Assembly (NCBI RefSeq): GCF_006345805.1
Contig: NC_043003.1
Location: forward strand, 111,228,001 to 111,292,000
Direction of reading: 5' to 3'
Source: Octopus sinensis
Taxonomy: Eukaryota
DNA: 64,000 nucleotides
Shown here: positions 1 through 13,709 of the stretch, piece after piece
Layout: every line of letters starts with the position of its first letter
Position numbering within the stretch: position 1 is the stretch's first letter
The notes under the pieces: generated by a model
What the model saw: only the letters and a program-made list of their open reading frames with translations
What the model was told of the DNA's origin: nothing
Database searches by the model: none
Position numbers and translations under genes: made by a program

Positions 1-5
1 TAAAT

Positions 6-57
<52 letters not shown>

Positions 58-60
58 ATA

Positions 61-1529
61 TCCGTATTTATATTTATATGTAACGAATAAGTGTATATAT
101 ATATATATGTATTTGTGTCTATACTTATTACTTGAATTATTTTCTTAAACACGTTAGTCTACATTAAGCAATCTTTAAGTTGCATATAATTTCATATACA
201 ATAAACACAAACATATATGTCTTGGATTGATGTTTTCGTATCGTATGCTTAGTCTTCTCGTGAACACACACATACGTATTCACAGACACATGAAAATATA
301 TATTTAGAGATAGAGCGCGCGATAGAGAGACAGAGAGAGAGGACGAGGGAGAAAGAGAGACCAGACCAAACATATATATGTTTCTAATATGAAATGTGTG
401 AGATAATATATGTATGAATATGTGTGAGCGTGTGCGGATTTTATGTGTCTATATTAAATATTAGTTTATTTATAGACGCATTATTTATTGTCGAACAATC
501 TCAGAAGTGCATAAGGTGAATTTAATAATATATTGGAAGACGTATGATCAATGTTAAAATGAAAAGAAAAAAAATCAGTTACATCTGTGCCTGTGTAGCT
601 ATTTAGAATTTATGAATACAGATGTTTCATAAATAGAAGTTGGACTGAAATTTATAAATATACATTCAATTATCGACCTCCTTATGTGCCTATGATAAAA
701 ATAAGATCTAACGATTGATTTGTTTTTAAAACGAGCATTAATTCAAAAGCTCTGCTTAAGAAGTAAATGTGCTCAGTGTCATTTAACTAGGTACATTGCT
801 GCTGACAATAGAAGGGTTTTCATTGTTATAATATTCGACTTTATGTATATTACTGAATTAAAATAAAAGTATTAAATGATCAGAAATAGAATAAGATTTT
901 GTCATTGATTGCATCGATTTTATTTCCAATGTCATGTAAATCCTTTACACATTGAAATAACGTAATATCAGTAGAAAATCTGGCCATCCAGAAATATTTA
1001 TCACTTTAATAACTTAGAAGGCTGTTTATACATTTTAACTCTGAAGAATACTATGAGATAAGAGAGGGAGAAAGAGCGGATTAAATAGGGAAATATACCA
1101 TGGGGCAGATTAGATTTAGCAATTCTGAGAATACATTTTATATCAACAAACAGATTGTATGTTGACGTATAATGTGTATGCCCACAGAAACACATTCATA
1201 GAATCTTAACATTAGAATATATATCAGTATATTTAAATGCACCAAGTGATAGACAAAGAGATAGTTAAATAGATACTGAGATACATAGGGAGAGAGATTA
1301 GAGAGACAGGATTTAGCTGACTGAAGGAGATTTAGACAGAATGCATATCGAATTTTACGAAATATGTAAAGTGAACATGTTTTGTATTCAATTTTGTGTA
1401 GAGGCTACTCTCATTCGAACTAGTTCTCTTTCTTATTTCTCCATCCTTCTCTCTCCAGACATACATACATACATATGTTTGTGGGCAGCTATGCATACAC
1501 CTCTTTGTACATGCATGTTTATATAAATT

Positions 1530-1570
<41 letters not shown>

Positions 1571-3067
1571 CTTTTAAAGAAATATATATATATTATATCC
1601 GTATTTATATTTATATGTAACGAATAAGTGTATATATATATATATATGTATTTGTGTCTATACTTATTACTTGAATTATTTTCTTAAACACGTTAGTCTA
1701 CATTAAGCAATCTTTAAGTTGCATATAATTTCATATACAATAAACACAAACATATATGTCTTGGATTGATGTTTTCGTATCGTATGCTTAGTCTTCTCGT
1801 GAACACACACATACGTATTCACAGACACATGAAAATATATATTTAGAGATAGAGCGCGCGATAGAGAGACAGAGAGAGAGGACGAGGGAGAAAGAGAGAC
1901 CAGACCAAACATATATATGTTTCTAATATGAAATGTGTGAGATAATATATGTATGAATATGTGTGAGCGTGTGCGGATTTTATGTGTCTATATTAAATAT
2001 TAGTTTATTTATAGACGCATTATTTATTGTCGAACAATCTCAGAAGTGCATAAGGTGAATTTAATAATATATTGGAAGACGTATGATCAATGTTAAAATG
2101 AAAAGAAAAAAAATCAGGTTACATCTGTGCCTGTGTAGCTATTTAGAATTTATGAATACAGATGTTTCATAAATAGAAGTTGGACTGAAATTTATAAATA
2201 TACATTCAATTATCGACCTCCTTATGTGCCTATTGATAAAAATAAGATCTAACGATTGATTTGTTTTTAAAACGAGCATTAATTCAAAAGCTCTGCTTAA
2301 GAAGTAAATGTGCTCAGTGTCATTTAACTAGGTACATTGCTGCTGACAATAGAAGGGTTTTCATTGTTATATATTCGACTTTATGTATATTACTGAATTA
2401 AAATAAAAGTATTAAATGATCAGAAATAGAATAAGATTTTGTCATTGATTGCATCGATTTTATTTCAATGTCATGTAAATCCTTTACACATTGAAATAAC
2501 GTAATATCAGTAGAAAATCTGGCCATCCAGAAATATTTATCACTTTAATAACTTAGAAGGCTGTTTATACATTTTAACTCTGAAGAATACTATGAGATAA
2601 GAGAGGGAGAAAGAGCGGATTAAATAGGGAAATATACCATGGGGCAGATTAGATTTAGCAATTCTGAGAATACATTTTATATCAACAAACAGATTGTATG
2701 TTGACGTATAATGTGTATGCCCACAGAAACACATTCATAGAATCTTAACATTAGAATATATATCAGTATATTTAAATGCACCAAGTGATAGACAAAGAGA
2801 TAGTTAAATAGATACTGAGATACATAGGGAGAGAGATTAGAGAGACAGGATTTAGCTGACTGAAGGAGATTTAGACAGAATGCATATCGAATTTTACGAA
2901 TATGTAAAGTGAACATGTTTTGTATTCAATTTTGTGTAGAGGCTACTCTCATTCGAACTAGTTCTCTTTCTTATTTCTCCATCCTTCTCTCTCCAGACAT
3001 ACATACATACATATGTTTGTGGGCAGCTATGCATACACCTCTTTGTACATGCATGTTTATATAAATT

Positions 3068-3109
<42 letters not shown>

Positions 3110-3120
3110 CTTTTAAAGAA
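61..3120. repeat. Tandem duplication, two ~1.54 kb copies (about 61-1597 and 1598-3120)
   Basis: Identical ORFs at 164/1703 and 1001/2540 (offset 1539). The differences seen are 1-nt indels, mostly homopolymer-length. Junctions lie in (AT)n tracts. Confidence 0.95.
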
Positions 3121-3125
3121 AATAA

Positions 3126-3166
<41 letters not shown>

Positions 3167-3220
3167 CTTTTAAAGAAATATATATATATATATATTTGTA
3201 TATACACGTACGTACATATG

Positions 3221-3259
<39 letters not shown>

Positions 3260-4037
3260 AATGTGTATGTATATATTTTTGGCCGTCTGTGTCTGCTTTT
3301 ATGTTTGATTCTAAGAAAGTGATAACTTATTTCCCAAGAATATATCTATGTGCATGAGATTTTGTGATTTTTACATTGATATATCGATATCATAAGAATC
3401 GAATACCTTTTATAGCTAAAGCTCAAAGAAATAATTCACGAAAACATTAAAGTAATAGCATCTATAAAACAGATAAATGATATATCTGTAAAATTTAATG
3501 AAAACGTTAGCAAAATTTCTATTTTACATATTCTATTTACGCTGATAGCGCCATAAGTTTGAACAGAAAATTTGTTATTACTCTTTTGCATATAAATATT
3601 ATATACGGATTATATAAAAATAATACTGACAATGCATATTAAAACAACAGAAAAGCATTTGTCCGTGTTTGCAATTCTTGATAAGAACCTATATCATGTC
3701 AGTCTATGATTCTGTCTACCAATATCTCGTTCTGTTTGTCTCTTACTACATGTGAATATATGCGTGTTTGTGTACGTATGTATTCTTGCATGATGTGTGT
3801 GTGTGTATATATATACATGTGTGTATATATATATATATATGTAATATGTATGTATATATATATATTTTAAATTTTAAAAATTAAACAGCCATGAAACGAT
3901 CGTAGTTTTATAATAAATATATTTTTTTAATAATTTTGATATATATTTAAATAATATAAATTAATTAATCTTATGTATTGGCTAAGTTTTTCATTGTATG
4001 ATTTGCCTAATAGTGGTTTTATTTCTAATTTAATATA

Positions 4038-4090
<53 letters not shown>

Positions 4091-4825
4091 TATATATATA
4101 ATATATATGTTTGCGTGAGGAGCGTGTGTCTGTGGTGCCTGTGTGTTTTTGCGCATATTAATATAAATACATGTATGCATGCATATTTATTTATGTATAT
4201 ACAAATGTAGGAACATCGGCGTGCAGATTTTGCCGCTAAATGCGCCTATGCTGTCACGCAACAAATCTTAGTTTTTAAGTAACAGTGTTCCACAAATGGG
4301 TCATGCCAGCATTGACTGGGACGTATTCCAAGTGGGTTTCGGGAAACAAAAGTGAACTTCAGAAAGTAAAATTTATCATACGTGCTACTTGTTTTTCTAA
4401 CGGAAGGCGTTGCAGCAGCAAAGATGTCTAGACTTTCGGTTACATGGCCCATTAAGAAGTTGCAGATAAAAATGCTAACATCACACACTGTGGCAGACCC
4501 TGATATGATTGCGGTCCGTTCATCTTAGGAATTAAGAATCGAAGTGCCAAAACACTTACATGCACGTGAAGCCTCTTCTCTAAAGATCAACAACTATTCA
4601 GCGCTTCCTAAAGTCATTCCTTTCTACATGTACACACGCATACACACATACACACAAAGCACATATTCATACAAACACACAGACACAAATGTGTATGCAT
4701 GTATGTATAAGTGTATTTCACTATATGTGCATATACAGATATTGATTTATATTTACATACCTCCGGCTAGACTCAATGCCTTCCATATTGCCCAACCAAG
4801 GAGTATACTATTGTCAGCCATGATA

Positions 4826-5026
4826 CTCTTTTACTTGTTTCAGTCATTTGACTGCGGCTATACCGAAGCACCGACTTTAGTCGATCAAATCGACCCCGGG
4901 ACTTATTCTTTGTAAGCCAAGTACTTATTCTATCGGTCTCTTTTTGCCGAACCGCTAAGTGACGGGGTCGTAAACACACCTGCATCGGTTGTCAAGCAAT
5001 TCTAGGGGGAAAACACAGACAGACAG

Positions 5027-5057
<31 letters not shown>

Positions 5058-5173
5058 CACATATATATATACATATTATATACACATATATATATATATT
5101 ATATATACATATATATATACATATATATATACATATATACATACATATATAACATACACATATACATACATAT

Positions 5174-5245
<72 letters not shown>

Positions 5246-5432
5246 AATATATATACATACATATATACGACGGGCTTCTTTTGAGTTTCCGTCTACCAAA
5301 TCCACTCACAAGGCTTTAGTCGGCCCGAAGCTATAGTAAAATACACTAGCCTAAGGTGCCACGCATTGGGACTGAACCCGGAATCATGTGGTTGGTAAGT
5401 AAGCTACTTACCACACAGCCACTCTTGCGCCT
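4826..5432 (-). mobile_element. tRNA-derived SINE, family A (octopus-type), full length with internal (CA)n/(AT)n expansion
   Basis: The - strand head reads aggcgcaagagtggctgtgtggtaagtagctt...ccgggttcagtccc (A/B-box-like). The body and tail are shared with six other copies in the window. Confidence 0.9.
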
Positions 5433-5817
5433 AAACATTTCATCATAACTATGCAAGAAATTATCCTAAGTGACTAGGTTTTCTGCCAGTAGTGGTTTGC
5501 AAATTTTGTATCAGCTGCGTAACTAATACATTTTATGAGAGCTGCATGTAATTTGATATTGTCTTAAAGTCAGGGTGGAATGAAAAGCCGAATCATTAAT
5601 CTGTAGTTTTTATGGAGATGCCCTGAATACCTTACCAAAAGACACCTTCAGAAGCATAAAATATTTCCGAAGAGAGTGATCACATGGGGGCAGAGCTGAT
5701 GTTGAACAGCGCAGACTACATATCTCTAATATACATCTTCCCATCTTATTTGTTAACCCCACCGCAAAATTTACTAGACTTCTTTCAACATTTGAAACTA
5801 GTATTAATACCGATACT

Positions 5818-6032
5818 GAAGGTTGCGCGCTAGCAGAATCGTGAACACGCCGGGCGAAATGCTTAGTTATATTTTGTCTGTATTTACGCTCTGTGTTTAA
5901 ATTCTGCCGAAGTCCACTATGCCTTTCGACCTTCAGGATCGATGAAAGAAGTTCTAATTGAGTACAAGAGTTGATAAAATCAACTCACTCTTTCCTTAAA
6001 GTTGTTGGCTTTGTGGCAAAATTTGAAATCCA
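5818..6032 (+). mobile_element. tRNA-derived SINE, family B, diverged
   Basis: gctagcagaatcgtgaacacgccgggcgaaatgcttag...gccttt...gatcgatgaaa aligns by eye with the copy at 40662-40890. Confidence 0.8.
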
Positions 6033-6489
6033 TATCAATAACTATATATATAAATTGCATTTCCCGTGTGGTAGCGAATCATTTGTCTACAACATTTAAG
6101 AAATACATGAAATCCCAGTCTTTGTTTAAAAATATTTCTTCCTTCATATATATATATTTCTAAATAAATATGTTTCTGATGCTTTACACACATTTTAAAA
6201 ATAACTATCTCCCTGTTTATCACTCTATTTGAAACTTTCTACCGCATTTTCCAAACGACGTCTTAACGTTAATGGAAAGTATATATTTCGTATTTCATAT
6301 TGATAACACAACTTTTGCTTTGATATTCGCTATATTTCTACTCTAAGCTCATTGTCTAACATTTTCATTTTGTTTTCTTCAAAATTATTTTATGATTGGC
6401 TAAACGAAAAACGAACCTTGAACATTCTGCTTCCATCATAATTTTATTATTTTGATTTCATCGCTGTACGCTCTTTTTCTTGTGTTTAG

Positions 6490-6523
6490 GTCGGTCAACA
6501 AAAACTCAATTAACTATAAACTG
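6490..6523 (+). CDS. Candidate internal exon P1 (phase 2 to 0; SVNKNSINYKL)
   Basis: Strong acceptor ctctttttcttgtgtttag, donor CTG|gtgaat. Phase-compatible with P2. Confidence 0.3.
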
Positions 6524-6661
6524 GTGAATCAAACTTTCTGTGTGAACGTTCAGTCTAAATATTATTAACGATATTTCTCTGTACTGGTTTACTTACTTTT
6601 TAAATATTAACAGTGGTATTTATGTGTAACTATAAGAGTGTTTATATATATATATATATAT

Positions 6662-6702
<41 letters not shown>

Positions 6703-6905
6703 TATGTGTGTGTGTGTGTGTGTTTATATGGATATGTGTGTGTGCACGTGCGTGTGCGTGGATTGTGTGTATGCGTGTGTGCGCGAGTAATAATTTTGTC
6801 TGAGTTGATGCGTACTCATGTGTGACTGAGTATTTAACTGTTTTTCCTTGAATATGCACATCGCTGCATCATTTCATGCTTGCTTTGTTCTGTTCTTGTT
6901 TTCAG

Positions 6906-6943
6906 TTGATTTTTATTTGTATTTGCTTGTTTTCTACGAATAT
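6906..6943 (+). CDS. Candidate exon P2 (phase 0 to 2; LIFICICLFSTN), hydrophobic
   Basis: Acceptor tttgttctgttcttgttttcag, donor AT|gtaatg. Phase-compatible with P1 and P3. Confidence 0.3.
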
Positions 6944-7525
6944 GTAATGATTAATCTACTTCTTTTCGTGTATGTGCGATATATCTTATACAGTAGAGGC
7001 CATTACTAAACTAACAAATATTTTAATAAAATAATGAAACCTGATATTTTGCAGCAAATGTTAAAAATATGTACTACATATATTTCACCAATATCGCTTA
7101 GACATTTTTTCATATTTAATACTCAATACGAGGAAAATTCGGTTACCATTTTTTCAAGATAGCAACACATCACAATCGATTAGATGAGAAACTTCTAATG
7201 AACGAGTAAACATAGGTATTGAAATCATTTACGTTACGTCTTTTATATTTTGATTTGTATTGAAAGTTAGTTTACGCTATAATCAAACGTGCTTTTTTTA
7301 TATTTCGAAACCCATCTAATGCTAAATTAATGGGTGAGAAAGTGTGCGAAGCAGTAATAGTGATAGTAGTAGTGATAAGTGAAGGAGCCATCATAGATGG
7401 CAGTCATAAATAGATAGCATCATGGTTAAAATAGATTCATAGAATGAAAGAGAGTGCATTATGTAATGACTTGTGCCTTCTATACTCAAAATAAATATTA
7501 CGTTTGAATATTGATTTTTATCCAG

Positions 7526-7603
7526 TGCCAATCTGACTGACGTACAACGATACACATTGTCCCAGCTAAATTCATATGAAAATTTGAACTCCAGTTCGAA
7601 AAT
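7526..7603 (+). CDS. Candidate exon P3 (phase 2 to 2; ANLTDVQRYTLSQLNSYENLNSSSK)
   Basis: Acceptor gatttttatccag, canonical donor AAT|gtaagt, open frame, 78 nt. Confidence 0.45.
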
Positions 7604-7868
7604 GTAAGTTACATTTAATCCATAATGTAAACCCATTTAACAATAAGAAAACAAGCTGTCTCTACATCTCAGACGACGATGGCAAGTCGAACTGCCAGCT
7701 TTAAAACCACTAGTTTTTTTGTTTTTTTTTTCTTTTTTAGATAAGATTGCCTTTGAGCTCGAAATATTTTAGTCTGACAGTATCAGTCTTCTCTTTTTCC
7801 TAAATGTATAACTCTCCAGTCTTAATATTAACGTTCACAATTTTAGACTCTCTGAAATATGTTTTCAG

Positions 7869-7975
7869 GGGCCAATTTAATCGATTAGAAGACACTCAAC
7901 AAAAAATGCATTTTGCCGATAGAAAGAAAAAAAAAACTCTATTGGAACGAGATTTAATGGAGGATAAGTGGTGGG
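7869..7975 (+). CDS. Candidate exon P4 (phase 2 to 1; GQFNRLEDTQQKMHFADRKKKKTLLERDLMEDKWW)
   Basis: Acceptor tatgttttcag, canonical donor GGG|gtgagt. The open frame continues P3 (AT|G). Confidence 0.45.
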
Positions 7976-8245
7976 GTGAGTGAAATAAGTATACAGAATG
8001 GGATTTCTAAAACTATTTGTTCAAGAAATATTTATTGCTTCATTGATTTCTCTGTTTCATCATATATTTATCGTTTTATATTTTTTCCATATTTTGTTTA
8101 TTATTGTTTCATTATTGTTATTTCAGTTTGAAGTGAACTAAACAACAGCTGCACAATTAATCATTGAAAATCGCCTGGAATAATGGAGAAAGAATTCAGT
8201 CTCTTTGGGATAACGCTATAGAATATACTTTCGATCAGTGGAGCT

Positions 8246-8296
8246 TCATAAATTTGAGAATCTACGTATTAGACGTTCATAAAATTCAAGTAGTTT
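8246..8296 (-). CDS. Candidate terminal coding exon M-last (KLLEFYERLIRRFSNL*)
   Basis: Very long pyrimidine tract tttttccttttgccttttctctcactgctctcctag, phase 0, TGA at 8246-8248, AATAAA on the - strand at 8097-8102. Confidence 0.35.
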   Translation of the reverse strand, partial: KLLEFYERLIRRFSNL

Positions 8297-8411
8297 CTAG
8301 GAGAGCAGTGAGAGAAAAGGCAAAAGGAAAAAGTAATACAGATGTGGTGCCTGCGTATATACGTATATATACATATATGTACACATAAATAATATATATA
8401 TGAAATGTATG

Positions 8412-8442
<31 letters not shown>

Positions 8443-8508
8443 TATATATATGCATATACTTATATATATATATATATTATATATATATATAATATATATA
8501 TATATATA

Positions 8509-8544
<36 letters not shown>

Positions 8545-8616
8545 TAATATTACACAGTATATACAAATATAATATATATATATATGCACAATGCAAACTT
8601 TATGCATATATGTATA

Positions 8617-8658
<42 letters not shown>

Positions 8659-9034
8659 ATATATATAATATATATTTAGTGGTACACATATACATACATG
8701 TAAGTTAATATGTTTCTTCTAGTATTATTATATGCTCATATGTGTATGAGTGAAATTAAATGTTGGTGCTGACACGTTACTTGAAATATGCAGTTTCAAA
8801 TCCAATTCTTGAAAGAATGATGTACATTTCCCTCTATTTACATTTCTTTCATTTGCTACCCCTTCTATCTGTTTCAAATTATTTCTCACAGATATTATAC
8901 ACTCTCATACATATACTTAGATATGTATACATATATGCTTATGCATATATCTATATTCATATCAGTATCTATTAATTTATCTTTCCATCTATCTACATTT
9001 CTATCCCTCTACCTGTCTTTATAATTACATTATA

Positions 9035-9069
<35 letters not shown>

Positions 9070-9192
9070 GTTTGTGTGTGTGTGTGTGTGTTTCTAGACA
9101 TATGTATGTATGTATGCAAGTAGTCCATGCTTGTTCTCATATATGTGTCTATGTGTGTGTGCAATTTTCTTTTAATGTTTTTTTAATCTTAC

Positions 9193-9239
9193 CTTCAGGG
9201 TCAAATTTCGAAAAAAATATCGCTTTACCACTGGACTTC
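9193..9239 (-). CDS. Candidate exon (phase 1 to 0; (G)SPVVKRYFFRNLTLK)
   Basis: Acceptor gactttacag, donor AAG|gtaaga. Phase links exon 12279-12387 to 8246-8296. Confidence 0.4.
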
Positions 9240-9375
9240 CTGTAAAGTCTACATGACGAAAACTGTTATGAGAACTGTTATGAGTTGTAAATTAGTATGA
9301 TGAGTGTCACACACATACTTTACATTCTTGTATCTTTAGGACTACAAAAGTGTATACCTATGTGAATGCATATTA

Positions 9376-10580
9376 CAGTAGGTCAGAAATCTGAACAAAA
9401 CACAGATTCACCTATTCGAAAGACTGTTTCTTTGTGCAACGTTGATTGTGGTGGATGGGTGTAGATATATATGAATATATGCATATATATGTGCATATAC
9501 GTATTCATATATATGAGTGTGTGTGCGTGTATGTTTGTATATTAACCCTAAATAAAGGACGTATGATAGCCCTTGTACAAATATTGAAATGCCATTCGTA
9601 TCTCTGTGTTGAAGAAATTAATAGTTGGGCCTTATATTGATGAAATATTTAACGTTACAATTGTGAATATAAATGTGTACGTTGAAATGATTCGCAAATC
9701 ACCGTGGGCTACAATTTACATTATTATTTAGAATAATGTATGGCTAATTGAATCCGGTATTACGTTTAAAAGTATCGAATGCTTGAATTGCTGAACCAAA
9801 GCTTGCCCTTATACCACATTGAAGATGACCCTTAAGGAATGCGGTACATCGCCATGCATATAACGGGGGTTGAATTGTACACTGAGTGTAAGAAGCAAAT
9901 TAAAGAATGGTTAATTTCTTCGATCAATTAAATTGAATACCTGCGGATTAGTTCGCGCTGATATTCATTGATACATATTGCTCAGGATATATGAGAATAG
10001 CGCTAATATTCCCTTAAATTTCAAAAGCACATATACGTGCATGGCTACTAGAGAGGATAGATAACTTACAGTAAAAAAACACAAAAGGAGGATAATTCCT
10101 GAGTAATCGTGTCTTTAACTACTAAGATTGAGAACGCGTACAGCTAAAAGGTTGAAGTACTAACAAATGTAATGCTTCAATTTTCATGACAAAATTGTGT
10201 AGAACCCATTGGAATGATTAAAATAAACTACGATTAGATAGTTACTAATCTGATCTTCGATAAAAACCAATATTTGCATAGAAATAATAATATACACACA
10301 AATTCAACTAAGATTCTGAGTTTGTTCACGGCGAACATTAGCCTGGTTATATTCATATACAGTACTGATATGATAGTTTTCCAGGATAAACTATATCCGT
10401 AGTGTGGATGACCTACTTTATCTCACTCATCACTGAAAACAAGAAAAATAGTGGAACTCAGATTTGATTACCCCCTGCGTTGTTTTCAATGCGGTTTGCA
10501 GACTCGCAACAGTTTCCGTTTTTTATGCATATGCTTACACAAGCAAATCTATATAATATATATGTTTATATATCCACACA

Positions 10581-10638
<58 letters not shown>

Positions 10639-10699
10639 TATATATATATCTATTATATAATTGTATATAAATATAACAAAAGGTACGATACGCCACACC

Positions 10700-10745
<46 letters not shown>

Positions 10746-10760
10746 GTACATACATACAAA

Positions 10761-10807
<47 letters not shown>

Positions 10808-11517
10808 TATATGTATATATATTATATATGAATAATATATATATATATATATATATACAGATGGAGATAATGAAGTAGGTGAAATAGCTTTTATTAAACT
10901 CATGATCACGTGATATGCACGAGGCTAGCAAATATCTTTTGAATCAATTTTGTTTTCCAATGTTCATGTTTCTTACTTTCCACTAGATTTTGTAATTTTT
11001 TTCTGCAACTTTGGATGGAAAATACAGTCGAAGAAACTGTTAAAATATTTATCATTCACCCTTAAATTATTAAGGTTTTTCGAGCCCTGAATCTAATAGG
11101 TACCATTACGGTATGAGATATCATTTCTGATTCACCTTGCACTTCTTGTATTGTAAGGAGTTCAATCTCCAAGGATTTCCAGGTTTGAAAGTGTTCCTAA
11201 TTGTCGCACATTGATTTCCGCGCATCCGAATTAACACATAAAACGAGAATTACTATTCTGAGCTCTGTTCAGGTGTGTGTTTCAGCACTGTATTTCTACA
11301 TTTCTGTACACAGCACCAGGAGTATATCTAGTTTCATATAATTTCATCTCCATCGTAAGGATTTATTCTGGTTCCTACACTGAAAAAACACGAGTAGTTA
11401 TTCAAGCATTTTCAATTTGTAACGTGTTGCACCCATCCACCACGATCAACGTTGCACAAGGAAACAGTCTTTTGAATAGGTGAATATCTGTACTTTGTTG
11501 AGATTTTTGACCTACTG
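9376..11517. mobile_element. Decayed Tc1/mariner-type TIR element (~2.1 kb) with TA target-site duplication
   Basis: Imperfect ~85-bp inverted repeats: cagtaggtcagaaatc...attcacctattcgaaagactgtttc...gcaacgttgattgtggtggatgggtg at 9376-9460 against the reverse complement of 11425-11517. Both ends are flanked by TA. No transposase ORF was recognised. Confidence 0.7.
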
Positions 11518-12036
11518 TAATAATAAAGACGATGGGTGCTAACTAACACTTGGTATTAAGTAATAGCTGCCTAAAATTTGATTTTTTCAATACCTCTTAT
11601 TACGTGAATTTTTGCAATTTTCGGTTGGCATTTTTCCTATATGGTTGAGGAAATTGATCTTCAGTGCCAGATGGACTTGATACGGCGTAGATTAAAGAAA
11701 TATACATTCCAAGTTATGGCATCAAAACTATTTAGATTATTGGATAGTGGTACCATACAAATGAAACAATTTCAACAGTTCAAACATTTTCGAAATTGGT
11801 TACATTTTAATGGCCATAAAATCTCACTGGGAGCAGCTTTGGAGCTGAAATTTTCAGCACTGACTGATTACAAACGTATATTTGAAGACTTTATACGACG
11901 ACCTTTGCATTGAGGAAACGTATGGTCGAATGCATCTACGCTGTGACATTTTAATTGCGTTTAGCGTAAAATCTCAATGTTTTCAACAAATTGAACCATT
12001 GACCCATCTATGTTCAAATGCTATTGTATCTTGAAA

Positions 12037-12111
<75 letters not shown>

Positions 12112-12278
12112 TATTATATATAATATAAATATATATATATATATATATGCGTGTGTGGAGTGTGTGTGTGTAATGCATATTATGTGTGTGTATGTATGTA
12201 TTTATGTCTATGCAACAATCAATCCACTTTTATTTTGTCTTGTGAGGATCATGGAGTGATTGTTTCAGGCACCTTTAC

Positions 12279-12387
12279 CTTGGGTTTCACAATCGTTAGT
12301 AACTGAAACTATTCGATCACCTCGTTCTTCATTTACACCTAGGTCTTGAAGAATCTTTCTGGCGATACATCCCAGCGATATTTCAAT
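12279..12387 (-). CDS. Candidate exon (phase 0 to 1; IEISLGCIARKILQDLGVNEERGDRIVSVTNDCETQ)
   Basis: Acceptor gttgttctactgacatcag, donor AAG|gtaaag, 109 nt open frame with protein-like composition. Confidence 0.45.
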
Positions 12388-13009
12388 CTGATGTCAGTAG
12401 AACAACAGCTGTAAACTGTCGAAGCTGGAAGCATGCGTGTGAATATGTGTGTATGTGTCGGCAACTTTGTGAACGGAGCCGTAAATAACTCAAATGACAA
12501 ATATATTGAGCCTACAAATATCGTCTTCCTAATTCAATCTTTGCCAAAATCTTATTTTACTTTTAGTCTGAAGCACATAAGATTACATTGCTTTCTATCT
12601 AATACGCAGTACCAACGATGCTGTAATATATAAGTAAACATCACGTAAGCTCTGTACAAACATGCCAAATGAATAATAGATTGATTCAAAGAGCCTAAAC
12701 ATTAGACGGTGCGTTGTTTGCTTACAGCTGGTGTAATGATTACGTAGAAGGCATTGTCTGATTCCTTTCTTTATTTTTATCAATATACTATTGACTCTTT
12801 GCTTTTAAATAGATGGTGTATTTGGACATTTTGTTTAATGTATGTTATAATATTCTATAACGTTTGTTTATAGACTCGATAAATGCATTACATGATAAAA
12901 GGCTAAACCTAAATACATTATCTTCTTATAAAACTGCTAGTTTCTAGGCACAACACTATATAAATATAAAGTGATTTTCCTAGCAACAGACTATAATATT
13001 GGTTTCAAA

Positions 13010-13395
13010 TTTTGACAGAAGGCCAGCAATTTCTCGGAGGGGGTCGCATCCCTCCTAGTATTTCATCGACTCCAAAATGATTAAATGTACATTCCTCGAG
13101 GGAATTTGAACTCAGAATGTAAAGACGGACGAAATGCTGCGAATGCCCGGCGAGCTAATTATTCTACTGGTTCACCTCCTTCAAAACATTATTTTCAAGT
13201 TTAGGCACAAGACCAGCAACTTAAGTGGTGGGTCTAGTTAATTAGATCGTCCGCAGTACTGAAATGCTACTTGTTTTATAGAGCCCTAACATGATAAAAG
13301 TTTAGTTCCTATCAGCGTAATTTGAACTCAGATGCACAATATGCTTTCGAGCATATTGTACGGCGTGCTTACGATTTTGCCAGCTCGCCTGTTTG
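13010..13395 (-). mobile_element. Two tandem degenerate family-B SINE copies
   Basis: Two repeats of ggc(c)a(c)aag(g)ccagcaa...gaatttgaactcaga...cggcgagct/cggcgtgct, matching the reverse complement of family B. Confidence 0.65.
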
Positions 13396-13704
13396 GAAGC
13401 AATCTCAAATATCAATGATTTGCATATAGTTTACTCATTCCGTGCATGTGTATCTTTTACTTTTTACTTGATACAGTAATTCAACCAATTTTAATGACTT
13501 GGTGTAACAAATCGTCCCCAGTACCTTATTCTAAAATCGGGTACTTAACAAACGAGGCGCTTCTGACGAATCATTAAGTTATGGGGACGTAAAAAAAGCG
13601 AGACGGATTTCAGGCCGTGGGAGGACAAATTCACCTAGCTATCTAAATACCTACCTGTTTATCTGCGACTCTCTCTTTCTCGTTTGATTCGTGTAATACA
13701 GAAA

Positions 13705-13709
13705 GCTAG

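Noticed and set aside
11641-11913. 90-aa ORF MVEEIDLQCQ...
   Set aside because: No recognisable domain or convincing splice sites. RRRLKK is only weakly transposase-like.
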